From positions 62,001 to 126,000 of the IMG/VR virus record IMGVR_UViG_3300030102_006934: a stretch of 64,000 nucleotides of DNA; one strand, written 5' to 3'. Within the stretch, counting starts at the first letter, position 1. Every line of letters begins with the position of its first letter. The notes beneath the pieces are model-generated. The model had not been told where the DNA came from. It did not search any database and worked only from the letters and a program-made list of their open reading frames with translations. Position numbers and translations under genes: made by a program. This document shows, piece after piece, positions 1 through 9,858 of this stretch.

Positions 1-255
1 TGGAGGAACAAGATATATTGGGCCCCATATAGTGATGAGCAGTTAAAATCTGTATACGTTTTATGTGAAAAATTATGTGGCGAATTTAATATACCACTTA
101 AAGCAATAAGTCATAATACTAATATAGATAAACCAAACAACTATTATGGCGTGCTTTATAAAAGTAACTTTAATAAAAACCAAACAGACGTAAACCCAAA
201 TTGGGATTGCAAATGGATAAAAAGTAAATTAGAAAATATTGATTATGAAAATTAA
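1..255 (+). CDS. C-terminal fragment of an N-acetylmuramoyl-L-alanine amidase-like protein (5' truncated)
   Basis: Open frame from base 1 (WRNKIYWAPYSDEQLKSV...SHNT...TDVNP) resembles the C-terminus of the amidase at 6945 (YWHSYTPEQIESL...THTN...D). Confidence 0.5.
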   Translation, partial: WRNKIYWAPYSDEQLKSVYVLCEKLCGEFNIPLKAISHNTNIDKPNNYYGVLYKSNFNKNQTDVNPNWDCKWIKSKLENIDYEN

Positions 256-688
256 TGAACACGACATGACAAAACAAATGCTTGGTAAAATCAGAAGTAA
301 ATCAAGCAATGTTAAAAACTTAATTAAAGAGGAAAACGAATCTGAAATGAGTGGTGATTTTGAATCATCTCTAGATGATGTTGAAAAAGACTATTTAGAT
401 AAAGATAAAAGCTCATTTATTGAAAAAGTTGACCCAGGGGCCAAAATTACTAATTATGCTGTAGATAAAGAAACTGAAAACGTAACCATGGGTGGAACCT
501 TAGCCAATACTATGGAGTGGTCCTATTCAAAAGGTAACGGAGTCGAACTAGGAACGCCTGTTGGTTCTAGATACGTTAATTTTACAAAAGATGATTTAAA
601 AGTACTTAACACATTAGTTAATTATTACGACCTGTGGAAGAATGAATGGTTTAAAAGATTCAATGAAGACACTATGTTAAAAAAATAA
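245..688 (+). CDS. hypothetical acidic protein (LIKEE motif, possible virion protein)
   Basis: ORF; ATG at 245 preferred over TTG at 239. Confidence 0.6.
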   Translation: MKINEHDMTKQMLGKIRSKSSNVKNLIKEENESEMSGDFESSLDDVEKDYLDKDKSSFIEKVDPGAKITNYAVDKETENVTMGGTLANTMEWSYSKGNGVELGTPVGSRYVNFTKDDLKVLNTLVNYYDLWKNEWFKRFNEDTMLKK

Positions 689-691
689 CTT

Positions 692-1075
692 ATGAGTAAA
701 AATAATATAAATATTAATATTGATATGAAAATTATTTTTATAATAATACTAGGTGGTCTACTTATTTTTCAGTTTATGTTTAAAGATGGTACTGTTATTG
801 AAAAATATGAAAAAGAAATTGAAGACTTAAGAGTTAAAAATAATGAATTAACGATAAGCAATAAAAAATTGTTAAGCGTTAATAAAGAGTTGATAAGGGA
901 AATTGATAGTTTGTACTACTCCATAGATAGTACAGTTGCTGAAATTATGGAGAAGGATAGAAAAATTGATAGTTTAGAATATGAAAAAGGTAAAGTTACT
1001 GGTTTTGTTAACAAGCTTAATGCTAATGGCGTTACAAGTGAAATCTCAAAATACCTTAACAGAAGAGACAAATAG
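692..1075 (+). CDS. N-terminal TM + coiled-coil protein, possible spanin-like lysis component
   Basis: Hydrophobic N-terminus, heptad pattern, overlaps next gene, follows amidase-like gene. Confidence 0.4.
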   Translation: MSKNNININIDMKIIFIIILGGLLIFQFMFKDGTVIEKYEKEIEDLRVKNNELTISNKKLLSVNKELIREIDSLYYSIDSTVAEIMEKDRKIDSLEYEKGKVTGFVNKLNANGVTSEISKYLNRRDK

Positions 1076-1457
1076 AGTCTTTACTTACGTTAATGATTTT
1101 GGGGACACAATGGTAAGCATGAATATTGAAGATGCTAAAACACTTTTAGAAGACGTTTTACATTATGAATATGCTGATAGTTTATTAAAAGTCTATATAG
1201 CTAAAGATAGCCTTAACAATGAGAGATTTGAAATGCAAAAAAGTACAATACTAAAGCTTAGTAAGGTTCAAAGTAATCAAGATGAAATCATTAATAACCT
1301 AGAAGAAATGGTTAAAAATAAAGATACCGAAAACAACCTTAAGGACGATATAATAGAACAACAGGATAAGGAAATTAAGAAACAAAAAATACTAAAAAAA
1401 TTAGGTTTTAGTGGTTCGGTTATATTACCCATAATTGTATTACTAATTTTAATTTAA
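981..1457 (+). CDS. signal peptide + coiled coil + C-terminal TM protein, possible spanin partner
   Basis: MKKVKLLVLL... signal, C-terminal hydrophobic tail, 95 bp overlap with upstream gene. Confidence 0.4.
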   Translation: MKKVKLLVLLTSLMLMALQVKSQNTLTEETNRVFTYVNDFGDTMVSMNIEDAKTLLEDVLHYEYADSLLKVYIAKDSLNNERFEMQKSTILKLSKVQSNQDEIINNLEEMVKNKDTENNLKDDIIEQQDKEIKKQKILKKLGFSGSVILPIIVLLILI

Positions 1458-1458
1458 T

Positions 1459-1617
1459 ATGAAACAAGTAATTCCAACACACGACCCACAAACTGGTGAG
1501 CTAAACCCTTACTACGAAGAACTAACTGGTGAAAAAAATCCATTAGAAATCCAAGACAAAACAGTTAAATTAACTAAGTTAGAAAAAATTATAGGTAAAA
1601 TAAAGAAAAGCTTATGA
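1459..1617 (+). CDS. small hypothetical protein (MKQVIPTHDPQTGELNPYYEELTG..., 52 aa)
   Basis: Read manually; fills the gap exactly, ATGA overlap with next gene. Confidence 0.6.
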   Translation: MKQVIPTHDPQTGELNPYYEELTGEKNPLEIQDKTVKLTKLEKIIGKIKKSL

Positions 1618-1988
1618 ATATGTTAGAAATCAATTGGTGGTATAAAAATCCTGTTGATTTTGAACATAAAAAATGGACATTAATGGCCTACTTAAAAAGT
1701 ATGGACGAGTCATTTCATAAGAAAAAATTTTCACCATGGTTATTACACTCTGAAGGCTTATTATTTGATATGCTAGACTCAAAACGAAGAATATTAAAAC
1801 TTACTGATGACTTAACCGAGAATGTTCTTATTTTTGAAAACAATTATATTTATAACGATATTAGAAAACCAAAAATGGGTGAACTAAGAACTTACTTAAA
1901 TATATTAAATTATTCAATACCCTTATTGAGTAATAAGATTGATTTTGGTTGGCAATTATGGAAAGATAACCCATCAATACTATTTTAA
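1614..1988 (+). CDS. hypothetical protein
   Basis: ORF in operon context. Confidence 0.6.
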   Translation: MNMLEINWWYKNPVDFEHKKWTLMAYLKSMDESFHKKKFSPWLLHSEGLLFDMLDSKRRILKLTDDLTENVLIFENNYIYNDIRKPKMGELRTYLNILNYSIPLLSNKIDFGWQLWKDNPSILF

Positions 1989-2032
1989 ATTAAAGGTAAG
2001 GTTTAAATATCTGTTTTTTTTAGTATTAAATT

Positions 2033-2040
2033 ATATTTAT
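2033..2040 (+). promoter_or_regulatory. putative phage late promoter ATATTTAT (type example; also at 3881, 6375, 9834, 11877, 21041, 21595, 31191, 31518, 33855, 39005, 46326, 54617, 61583, 63363 on + and 37202 on -)
   Basis: Same 8-mer a short distance upstream of start codons, mostly of structural or cargo-type genes. Confidence 0.65.
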
Positions 2041-2050
2041 TATAAAAGAA

Positions 2051-2308
2051 ATGATGAAAGATTTAATAAGACGTAAATTAAATGAAGATATGAAGAAGTC
2101 TGACGTTAAATCAGAGATAAAAAAATATATTGACTCTTCAGAGTTTAAAACTAAAATTGAGAAAATAGTCAAGGATAGAATTAAGAACGAAAAAGAGTTG
2201 GAGGATAAAGTCGTTGATATAACTAAGAACGTATTAACTCAACTATATAAGCAGTTGTGGGTTAAAAGAGCTTTCTGGAGAAACGGACTATCCAATAAAA
2301 GAACTTAA
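2051..2308 (+). CDS. hypothetical protein with KDLIRRKLNE leader
   Basis: ORF after ATATTTAT. Confidence 0.65.
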   Translation: MMKDLIRRKLNEDMKKSDVKSEIKKYIDSSEFKTKIEKIVKDRIKNEKELEDKVVDITKNVLTQLYKQLWVKRAFWRNGLSNKRT

Positions 2309-2309
2309 A

Positions 2310-3863
2310 ATGGCTAAGATTAAAATAACCGAAGAACAAGCTACCATGCTTAAGGAAATGGGTAAAACCAAAGTACTGAAGGTAACTAAAGAACAATATG
2401 ATAAAATTGTTGAAATGGAAGGCACTATATCTGAGAAAAGCCTATCCCATATGGGTAAAGAAATGGTTAAACAAGCCGAACCACAAGACAGACCAAATTT
2501 TAAAAGAGAATTAAAAAGTAACCTACCAGAGATGTACGAGAAATTCATTAATGAACTTTACGGTGTTTCTGAATCAACTGAAAAGGTTTATGAAAAACTA
2601 CACAAACTAATGGAGCTTAACGGATTAATATCCAACGGTAAATTAGTTAAAGAAAAATTTAACGGTGATAAAGAAAGAGTTAAGCAAGTTATTAGTTGTG
2701 GTCTTTACGAAATGTCCTGTGGTGGTAGTGTCTATAAAGCAATGGAAGCTATTGAGGAAGCATTAAAATTAAAAGACATTACTGGTGACTATTTTAAAAA
2801 ACAAATTGGCGAACCAAAGAAGTCTGGTAAATCTAGAGAAGAGTTAGTAGCAGCCATTAAAAGAAAACGAGAAGAATCTAAAAAGGAAACTGAAAGACAA
2901 GAAGCCCTAAAAGCACTAGCAAATAGAGAAGAAGAAGATAAAATAGAAGAAGATAGTGGATACCCAGCTGGGACAGCAAACGACCCATCGGCACCATGGA
3001 ATCAAGATGATTCGGACTACAGAAAGGGCGATAGAGTCGAAGGCGATTTTAAAGTAGTTGGATATAATCAAGAAGTAGCAATACTTTCAAATAAAAAGGG
3101 ACAATTATTTGCTCTTTATTATTACGATATTGATAATTCAGAATTAGAGCAGTATGCTGATATAGGTAGAACATATATAGGTAATGATGAAGATGGTATG
3201 CCAGACTTTGAATATTCTGACGAATTCGACATCGATGAAGATGTTATTTCTAGTTACGTTAATGATAATATTAAACAAATGAAAATAGGTAAAGGTCTTG
3301 ATGACTTCGAATCTGGAGTTGATTTAACTTTAATAGATGATGAATTAAGAAACGACCTAATATCAGTACATAAAGATTTAGAAAAATACTTAAACAAAGT
3401 CGGTGAAGCTACAACGGCTGGCTCTGCTGGCGCTTTCGTACCTGGATTATCTCTTGGGGGTGAACAAAAATATAAGCCACAAGTAAAAATAGTTCCAGAA
3501 GAAGAAATAGATGAAGCAACCACAATGGGTAGCGGTGCGATACCAACATTCGACATACCAATGGGTAGGGGTGATAAAGATAAATCATTTTGGCACCCAA
3601 AAGGTAGTCAAGGACCTAAAATGAAAGGTAATAAGGTAAATGAAGACTCACAAACTCAAACACAGTGGAAAGGCGGTTCTTTTGTTAAAATTAAAGACGA
3701 ATGTAATGAATTCCCTTATTGTGACCAAGGAGCTGGAGCAATAGAACTTAAAAAAACTAAAACTTCCGTAATATCAAATGACCACATAGTACAAGAGGTT
3801 GCTAAAAAAACGAATAGAACGGTAGAAGATGTTAAAAAGATTATTAATAATAAAAATATATAA
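2310..3863 (+). CDS. acidic putative head/prohead-core protein with many [ILV]xE sites
   Basis: 517 aa, E/K-rich; ITEE, IEED, VGEATT, IDEATT, VNED motifs. Confidence 0.5.
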   Translation: MAKIKITEEQATMLKEMGKTKVLKVTKEQYDKIVEMEGTISEKSLSHMGKEMVKQAEPQDRPNFKRELKSNLPEMYEKFINELYGVSESTEKVYEKLHKLMELNGLISNGKLVKEKFNGDKERVKQVISCGLYEMSCGGSVYKAMEAIEEALKLKDITGDYFKKQIGEPKKSGKSREELVAAIKRKREESKKETERQEALKALANREEEDKIEEDSGYPAGTANDPSAPWNQDDSDYRKGDRVEGDFKVVGYNQEVAILSNKKGQLFALYYYDIDNSELEQYADIGRTYIGNDEDGMPDFEYSDEFDIDEDVISSYVNDNIKQMKIGKGLDDFESGVDLTLIDDELRNDLISVHKDLEKYLNKVGEATTAGSAGAFVPGLSLGGEQKYKPQVKIVPEEEIDEATTMGSGAIPTFDIPMGRGDKDKSFWHPKGSQGPKMKGNKVNEDSQTQTQWKGGSFVKIKDECNEFPYCDQGAGAIELKKTKTSVISNDHIVQEVAKKTNRTVEDVKKIINNKNI

Positions 3864-3905
3864 TTTTAAGTAAAAACTTGATATTTATAATAAAAGACGA
3901 GAATT

Positions 3906-4844
3906 ATGAATAAGGATTTAATTAAAGAATACCTAAACACTACTTTCCTAGCTGAGGAAACTATTCCTAATGGTCTTAAAGATACAAAAGCCATTCAAAA
4001 GGATGATGCAGATATTAATAAAGAGGCTATGAAGGACGTTGAAGAAAAAATGGAAGAATATTTAGAAGGTATTACTGGTGAAAAAGAAAACGAAGAAGTC
4101 GTTAAAAAATACAACTTAAATGATGAGCAAAAAGACGCTCACGAGAAAGGTGAACTACCCAACGGAAGTATGGCAGTTCTTGATGTTAAAGGTGATACTG
4201 AAGAATGGAATGATAGACAAGAGAAAGCTATTAAGGGTGACTCAACAATGGGAAATGGAAAAACTGGTGACGAGGTTGCCAATGTAATACCTAGCGACCA
4301 AGCTGGATTCAAAGGACCAGAAGGTGACGAAGAAACTTATGATAATTCTATGAACTTTAAAGATGAATTCGAAAAAGCTAAACGAAAAGTTGATGCTAGA
4401 TTAGCAACATCTGTTGATAGTGATACTAAAGATACATACTTAGATGTTGACGAAGAAGATAAAAAATCTAAAAAAGTTAATGAGGGTATGAAAAGACTAG
4501 TATTCAAAAAAGAATTTAATGGTATTGAGAATGCACTCAAATTAATACCAGAATCATACAAAATTGATAACAAGACCTTCCAAATGACTGACGGAAATGA
4601 AAATTATGAAATCAGATGGGAAGGCAACATTAACGAAGGCAAAGCAATCGTTATTAAAGCCTCTGATAAAAATCTAATGAATGAGGATATGAATAAAATG
4701 AAACATCTTATGAACTTTAAATCTCAAGACACTTTAGGTACGCTTAAAGGTAATGATAGAATTAATGAAGACGAATCATTTAATAACATTTGGAATAAGA
4801 CAAAAGATTTGTTAAAAGAATCTGAAGAAAAAACACAAGAATAA
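3906..4844 (+). CDS. acidic putative virion protein; C-terminal domain duplicated in next gene
   Basis: ORF after late motif; MKRLVFKK...NALKLIPESYK domain. Confidence 0.55.
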   Translation: MNKDLIKEYLNTTFLAEETIPNGLKDTKAIQKDDADINKEAMKDVEEKMEEYLEGITGEKENEEVVKKYNLNDEQKDAHEKGELPNGSMAVLDVKGDTEEWNDRQEKAIKGDSTMGNGKTGDEVANVIPSDQAGFKGPEGDEETYDNSMNFKDEFEKAKRKVDARLATSVDSDTKDTYLDVDEEDKKSKKVNEGMKRLVFKKEFNGIENALKLIPESYKIDNKTFQMTDGNENYEIRWEGNINEGKAIVIKASDKNLMNEDMNKMKHLMNFKSQDTLGTLKGNDRINEDESFNNIWNKTKDLLKESEEKTQE

Positions 4845-4845
4845 A

Positions 4846-6312
4846 ATGAAAAGGTTAACATTTAAAAAACCATTCAACGGAATGGATAACGCTTTAAAAT
4901 TAATTCCAGAATCTTATAAGGTTGATGGACAAGAGTTTCAAATTACAGATGGAACCGAAACATATAATATAAGATGGGATATTAATGAGGCTACTGTACT
5001 AATAGCTGATAATAAAAATCTTATAAGTGAAGATGTAAAGAAAATGAAACATCTTATGAACTTTAAATCTCAAGATACTCTAGGAACACTTAAAGGTGAC
5101 GAAAGAATCAACGAGAACTCTTCATTTAACGATGTTTGGAGTAAGACAAAAGATTTATTAAATGAGTCTGAAGAAATAAATGAAATGACATCTGGTTCTG
5201 CGGGTGGATTAGGTTTCACTGGTGAAGGTAACTTAGAAGGTAATACACCAATTAAAGAGATGGAATCTGAAGAAAAAGAAGAAGAAAAAGAAGAAGAAAA
5301 AGAAACAGTTAAAATTTCTGACTCACAAATGGAAAAACTAAAAGATGAAGGCATATGTGATTGTGATGATAAATGCTTAATCAACACATCAGCAGATGTT
5401 GACTTTAAAGAAGTTTTAGAAAAAGCCGAAAAAATGGATAAAGAATGTATTATTGTCTCAAAAGAGAGAATGGACATGCTAGAAGAAAAAGGTGAATGTG
5501 GTTGTGGAAAAATTAAATTAAAATGTCACAAAGAAAGTGAAACCATTAACGAAATAACAAGAACAGAGTTTGAAAATAATGCTTCTCCTACCGATTTGAA
5601 AAGATATAAAAGGAATCCATATGAATTTGGACCTTTTGATGATGAAAAAAAGGATGAAAAAGCTATTGAAGAATTGACCCTACCAGATGCTGTTGATTTT
5701 GCAACTGGATTTCCAGTTGCCATGCTACCATTTATAGCTACCGCATTAGGTGTATCAGTTGCTGTGGCAAAACATCATTTAAAGAATGCTAAGTCAGGTA
5801 AAGAAGCTATGAAAGCCATATATGATATGAAAAATGATAAGGATGGTGATAATGACAATAATCCAAAAAATGAAGGTATTTACGAAGAAGCTCCTGGTGA
5901 AGAAGCTACAACACAAGTTAGTGTAGCTGATATAAGAAAAGACCTTAAAACTTTATTGTATAGCCTAAACAAAGCAGACTTTAAAGCAAAAGAGAGAAAA
6001 GTAGTCGACAGATTATTAGATATGATTAAACAACTTGGAGGAGAGGAAGATTCTTTCTCACCTAGATTATCATCTAAATTAGATTTAGTACAAAAAGCTA
6101 TTGATGATAAATCACAACCTAAAGATGCGACACCTGATTTAGCACAAGACGCTATGTCTGCTAATCAGAATGAAGAAAAAGATAGATTTGATGAAATCTT
6201 TGAAGATATGTATCAAGAAGAATTAAGTAAAAAACAATCTGAAGTTATGGATACCAACAATGATGGTAAAATTGACGCTGAGGATTTAGCTAACTTAAGA
6301 AATAAAAAATAA
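4846..6312 (+). CDS. acidic putative prohead core/scaffold protein with C-terminal EF-hand-like loop
   Basis: N-terminus paralogous to the end of the upstream gene; ends DTNNDGKIDAEDL. Confidence 0.5.
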   Translation: MKRLTFKKPFNGMDNALKLIPESYKVDGQEFQITDGTETYNIRWDINEATVLIADNKNLISEDVKKMKHLMNFKSQDTLGTLKGDERINENSSFNDVWSKTKDLLNESEEINEMTSGSAGGLGFTGEGNLEGNTPIKEMESEEKEEEKEEEKETVKISDSQMEKLKDEGICDCDDKCLINTSADVDFKEVLEKAEKMDKECIIVSKERMDMLEEKGECGCGKIKLKCHKESETINEITRTEFENNASPTDLKRYKRNPYEFGPFDDEKKDEKAIEELTLPDAVDFATGFPVAMLPFIATALGVSVAVAKHHLKNAKSGKEAMKAIYDMKNDKDGDNDNNPKNEGIYEEAPGEEATTQVSVADIRKDLKTLLYSLNKADFKAKERKVVDRLLDMIKQLGGEEDSFSPRLSSKLDLVQKAIDDKSQPKDATPDLAQDAMSANQNEEKDRFDEIFEDMYQEELSKKQSEVMDTNNDGKIDAEDLANLRNKK

Positions 6313-6336
6313 AATAGTTTAAAAGTTTATATAATA

Positions 6337-6364
6337 AAACCTCCGCATTAGTGGGGGTTTTTTT
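6337..6364 (+). terminator. intrinsic terminator
   Basis: AAACCTCCGC...GTGGGGGTTT hairpin + T run after a stop codon. Confidence 0.6.
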
Positions 6365-6399
6365 GTTTGGTATTATATTTATTAATAAAGAATACAGTT

Positions 6400-6933
6400 A
6401 TGGGTAAAGATATTAAAATATTAAATGAGGTTCATAAAATGAAGAACCTAATGAAATACATGGGAGGTGAGAAGTTATCCCCAAAGCAATTAAAAGAAAG
6501 TTATTACGAAGAATCGGAAATGCCACTAGAGGAAGGTGTTAGCGACAACTACTCAAGAGAAGTTAAACTAAGTGTTAGCACATACCAAGCAACTATTAAT
6601 GGTAATGAAATTGACTGGGTTGAAGCAAGTTCAGTAAAATTATCATACCTTATAGACATAGAAGCTAGAGAGTGGGGGATTAAAGGTATTAGTTTATACG
6701 CTATAGAAGGACCATCTGAGATTGAATTAGAGGTTTCTTATTACCCAGAAGGTAGTGATGACCCAGAACAAATGACAATAACAGTACCACTAAATTGGGA
6801 TAATGCCAATAAAGAAGAGGAAAGTGGTAATGAAGTTATAACAGTTGGTGAAGAAGTTGAACTACAACTATCTAATAATGATAAAGGTGAACTATTTGTT
6901 AGTGAAATAACAATTCCAGTTTATACCCTATAA
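6400..6933 (+). CDS. hypothetical putative virion protein (ILNEVHKMKNLM leader)
   Basis: ATG 6400 follows ATATTTAT at 6375. Confidence 0.55.
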   Translation: MGKDIKILNEVHKMKNLMKYMGGEKLSPKQLKESYYEESEMPLEEGVSDNYSREVKLSVSTYQATINGNEIDWVEASSVKLSYLIDIEAREWGIKGISLYAIEGPSEIELEVSYYPEGSDDPEQMTITVPLNWDNANKEEESGNEVITVGEEVELQLSNNDKGELFVSEITIPVYTL

Positions 6934-6944
6934 AAACTAAAATT

Positions 6945-7907
6945 ATGATATTAAAATTAGGCTCTAAGGGTGAAGAAGTAAAAGAACTGCAAGAAGCTTT
7001 GGGCATTTTATCAGATGGTATATTTGGCCCTGGAACAGAAAAATCCGTTAAAGAATTTCAGAAAAAAAATAATTTAATAGTTGATGGCATTGTAGGTAAA
7101 ATAACATTATCAAAAATACTTTTAGATATAGACACTGATATAACTGGTTTTGATGATTCTGGAGATAGAGACAATAAGTTAAATTATTTAGGTAAATACA
7201 CAACTAAAGAAGGCCTTGAAATCGATAGGGCATATTTAGATTCTGATGAGTACGTAAAAGATTATGGCAAATTAGAACCACTAAACTTTTTCATACATCA
7301 CACCGCTGGTTGGAACAACCCATATAATACAATAAATAATTGGAACAGAGATAAAAGAGGTAGAGTGGCAACGCAATACTGCATTGGTGGTACGAGTGTT
7401 AGAATAGGTAAATATGGAGATGATAAATATAATGGGAAGGTAGTTGAATGTTTCCCAAACAACTATATTGGTTGGCACCTAGGTAAGGTTGGAAACTTTA
7501 ATATGTCTAAATATTCCTCAGCAGTTGAAATAAATAATTTTGGTTACGTAACTAAGAAGGGCGATAAATACTATAACTATGTTAATGTGGAGGTCCCAGA
7601 AACTATGGTTTGTGACCTAGGTTATAAATTTAGGGGTTATCAGTATTGGCACTCATACACTCCAGAGCAAATAGAAAGTCTAAGGCTTTTAATTAAACAT
7701 GTGGAGACAACGTATCCAAAAATAAGTATAACATCTGGATTACCAAAACTATTAAAAGATGGTATGCATCCAAAAGATGCTTTTGAATTTAATAAAGACG
7801 CTTACTACGGTAAAGTGAAAGGGCTTTGGACACATACCAATGTTAGAAAAGATAAATTTGATTGTTTTCCACAACAAGAATTAGTAGATATGTTAATTTC
7901 ACTATAA
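6945..7907 (+). CDS. endolysin: peptidoglycan-binding domain + N-acetylmuramoyl-L-alanine amidase
   Basis: LKLGSKGEEVKELQ...DGIFGPGT...FQ...DGIVG PG-binding motif; IHHTAG and HTN..D zinc-amidase motifs. Confidence 0.85.
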   Translation: MILKLGSKGEEVKELQEALGILSDGIFGPGTEKSVKEFQKKNNLIVDGIVGKITLSKILLDIDTDITGFDDSGDRDNKLNYLGKYTTKEGLEIDRAYLDSDEYVKDYGKLEPLNFFIHHTAGWNNPYNTINNWNRDKRGRVATQYCIGGTSVRIGKYGDDKYNGKVVECFPNNYIGWHLGKVGNFNMSKYSSAVEINNFGYVTKKGDKYYNYVNVEVPETMVCDLGYKFRGYQYWHSYTPEQIESLRLLIKHVETTYPKISITSGLPKLLKDGMHPKDAFEFNKDAYYGKVKGLWTHTNVRKDKFDCFPQQELVDMLISL

Positions 7908-7943
7908 CATTTATTTTTCTATTATGATTATTATATTTAAATT

Positions 7944-8420
7944 ATGATAGAAAAAACTGATAAAAATATTAAATTTTTGAGTTATATAGGAACACCTTTG
8001 AGTGAAAATAGTATATCGGTTTTATATAGTGCCAACAATATAAATTTTGAGAGATGCGAATTATTTAGTGATTACGTTCAGTCATTACTATCTATTATAT
8101 TTGATACCTATCTGGGTGATGATATAACTGAAGATGATGATAAGATTAAACATTTTGAGTGGTGCTGGATAAAAAATATAGAAAATTTTGAAAAGGAAAA
8201 TATAAAATTTTCAATAAAAAGTGAAAGCTTTGACTACTTTAAAGAATTTATGATAGAAGTTTTCTATAATGTGGAATTAAAAGAAGAAAATAAAATCAAA
8301 CCTATAATAAAAAATCTTTGGAATTCTATATTTTCATATAATGGGACTAAGACCAGTTCAGATATGGACAACTTCATTGAAATATATAAAATTTTAGAAA
8401 ATTCACTAAAAAAAGGGTAA
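7944..8420 (+). CDS. hypothetical protein
   Basis: ORF. Confidence 0.6.
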   Translation: MIEKTDKNIKFLSYIGTPLSENSISVLYSANNINFERCELFSDYVQSLLSIIFDTYLGDDITEDDDKIKHFEWCWIKNIENFEKENIKFSIKSESFDYFKEFMIEVFYNVELKEENKIKPIIKNLWNSIFSYNGTKTSSDMDNFIEIYKILENSLKKG

Positions 8421-8457
8421 AAGAGCACATTAGGGTTTATTTTTATTTATAAATACC

Positions 8458-8465
8458 TATATTTG
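8458..8465 (+). promoter_or_regulatory. Bacteroidota sigma-A type -7 element TAnnTTTG (type example; also 12888, 13459, 20573, 22609, 24773, 34841 on +; 11847, 17087, 33016, 34297, 53710, 54585, 61543 on -)
   Basis: Matches the established Bacteroidota housekeeping promoter consensus, intergenic and upstream of genes or RNAs. Confidence 0.7.
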
Positions 8466-8469
8466 CGAC

Positions 8470-8697
8470 ATGAGAGTATTAGAAATAGTTTTAAGAGAGT
8501 TGGCTTCTGACGTTTTAAAAAATGAAGAGAAGCTACAAAGACTAATTAATAGTAATGACGGTGACTTAGATAAATCAATTGAAAAAATTAAGTCACTATT
8601 AAAAGAAATCACTCAACTAGAAGATATGATAGAAAAATGGAAATCATATATAGGACCTATTGGGGATGAAAACAATAATAATGAAAGTAAAAATTAA
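8470..8697 (+). CDS. hypothetical coiled-coil protein
   Basis: ORF. Confidence 0.6.
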   Translation: MRVLEIVLRELASDVLKNEEKLQRLINSNDGDLDKSIEKIKSLLKEITQLEDMIEKWKSYIGPIGDENNNNESKN

Positions 8698-8702
8698 TTA
8701 AA

Positions 8703-8894
8703 ATGGAAAAGTTTGAAAATTTAAAGACTTTAGTTGAAAGTTTAACAGAAGATATGGATAAATTCCATACAAAAGGTAATAATGCGGCTGCAACTAGAGT
8801 TAGACAAGGTCTACAACAGGTTAAAAAAGTTGCACAAGAAATCAGATTAGACATTTCTGAAATAAAGAAAGCCAAAGCAGCAGCTAAAGGTTAA
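8703..8894 (+). CDS. histone H1-like Hc1 family protein
   Basis: KF..KGNNAAATRVRQGLQQVK..AQEIR motif of the Hc1 family. Confidence 0.8.
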   Translation: MEKFENLKTLVESLTEDMDKFHTKGNNAAATRVRQGLQQVKKVAQEIRLDISEIKKAKAAAKG

Positions 8895-8905
8895 TAAGAC
8901 ATTAT

Positions 8906-9118
8906 ATGGTTTTGGATATACTTAATAAAATTTTATTTATTTTGTTACTAATGGCAACTCTAAACGTCATTAGACATAGTTATTATTTCATACAGGCATG
9001 GGTAAAATCTAGTAGTGAGACACCACAGAAATATATTTTAGGTGGTAAATCATTGTGGATATTAAGTATTTCCATATCATATATATTAAACGCCATAATC
9101 AATGGTGTTTATTTGTAA
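8906..9118 (+). CDS. small membrane protein
   Basis: Two hydrophobic segments. Confidence 0.6.
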   Translation: MVLDILNKILFILLLMATLNVIRHSYYFIQAWVKSSSETPQKYILGGKSLWILSISISYILNAIINGVYL

Positions 9119-9132
9119 AAAAACTAAAAAAA

Positions 9133-9768
9133 ATGTCAAAAATACAAGAAATGTTAGATTCCCTACAACCATATGTTGTAGGCATCAGATACTTAAACGG
9201 AATTCAAATAGTTGATGCGGTATTTAAGGAGGGTTGGACTGTCCCAGATTCTGATGTAATAAAGAGAGAGTTCGTTGATGAATCTCAAAACTACTTTATG
9301 TTTTACACAGAAAAAGAGGGCGTTACTATTGACGACCTTTTAGCATATGTAGAAGGTATTATTGGTGTTAACATTGAAAGAGAGAAAAAATATATATTAT
9401 TGAAGGCTAAAGTTGAAGAACTTAAAAGATTATTTAAAGAAAAATCACTAAGTGAGTTAGAAGAACTTAAATTTTCTTTTACTAAATCTGGGGTTATGCC
9501 ATCACTAGCCGATATGGATAATTTTGACTTAAAAGATGAGACTGAAATGCCTGAAGTTAATGAAACAACTAAACCAGAGCCAGAAAATCTAGAAGAGATT
9601 ACCAAGGCTAATGAAAAAGTTAAGGGAAATGGTAGTCTAACAAGTGTAAAGGGACAGAAAATAGAACTACCACCAAAAGACAAAAAGATTGTGGTGGAAG
9701 AATATGAAGAACCAAAGATAGTTTGTAAATGCGGACCAGGAGATGTGTGCCCAGCATGTGAAGAATAA
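9133..9768 (+). CDS. hypothetical protein with C-terminal CxC..CxxC zinc motif
   Basis: Ends CKCGPGDVCPACEE; ATG 9133 preferred. Confidence 0.6.
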   Translation: MSKIQEMLDSLQPYVVGIRYLNGIQIVDAVFKEGWTVPDSDVIKREFVDESQNYFMFYTEKEGVTIDDLLAYVEGIIGVNIEREKKYILLKAKVEELKRLFKEKSLSELEELKFSFTKSGVMPSLADMDNFDLKDETEMPEVNETTKPEPENLEEITKANEKVKGNGSLTSVKGQKIELPPKDKKIVVEEYEEPKIVCKCGPGDVCPACEE

Positions 9769-9797
9769 AAAAATTTAAAAAACTTACTTAAAAAATA

Positions 9798-9820
9798 AAG
9801 CCTCCAAATCGGAGGCTTTT
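9798..9820 (+). terminator. intrinsic terminator
   Basis: AAAGCCTCC-AAATC-GGAGGCTTT. Confidence 0.7.
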
Positions 9821-9858
9821 ATATTTCTAAAAGATATTTATAATAAAACAAAATTGTT

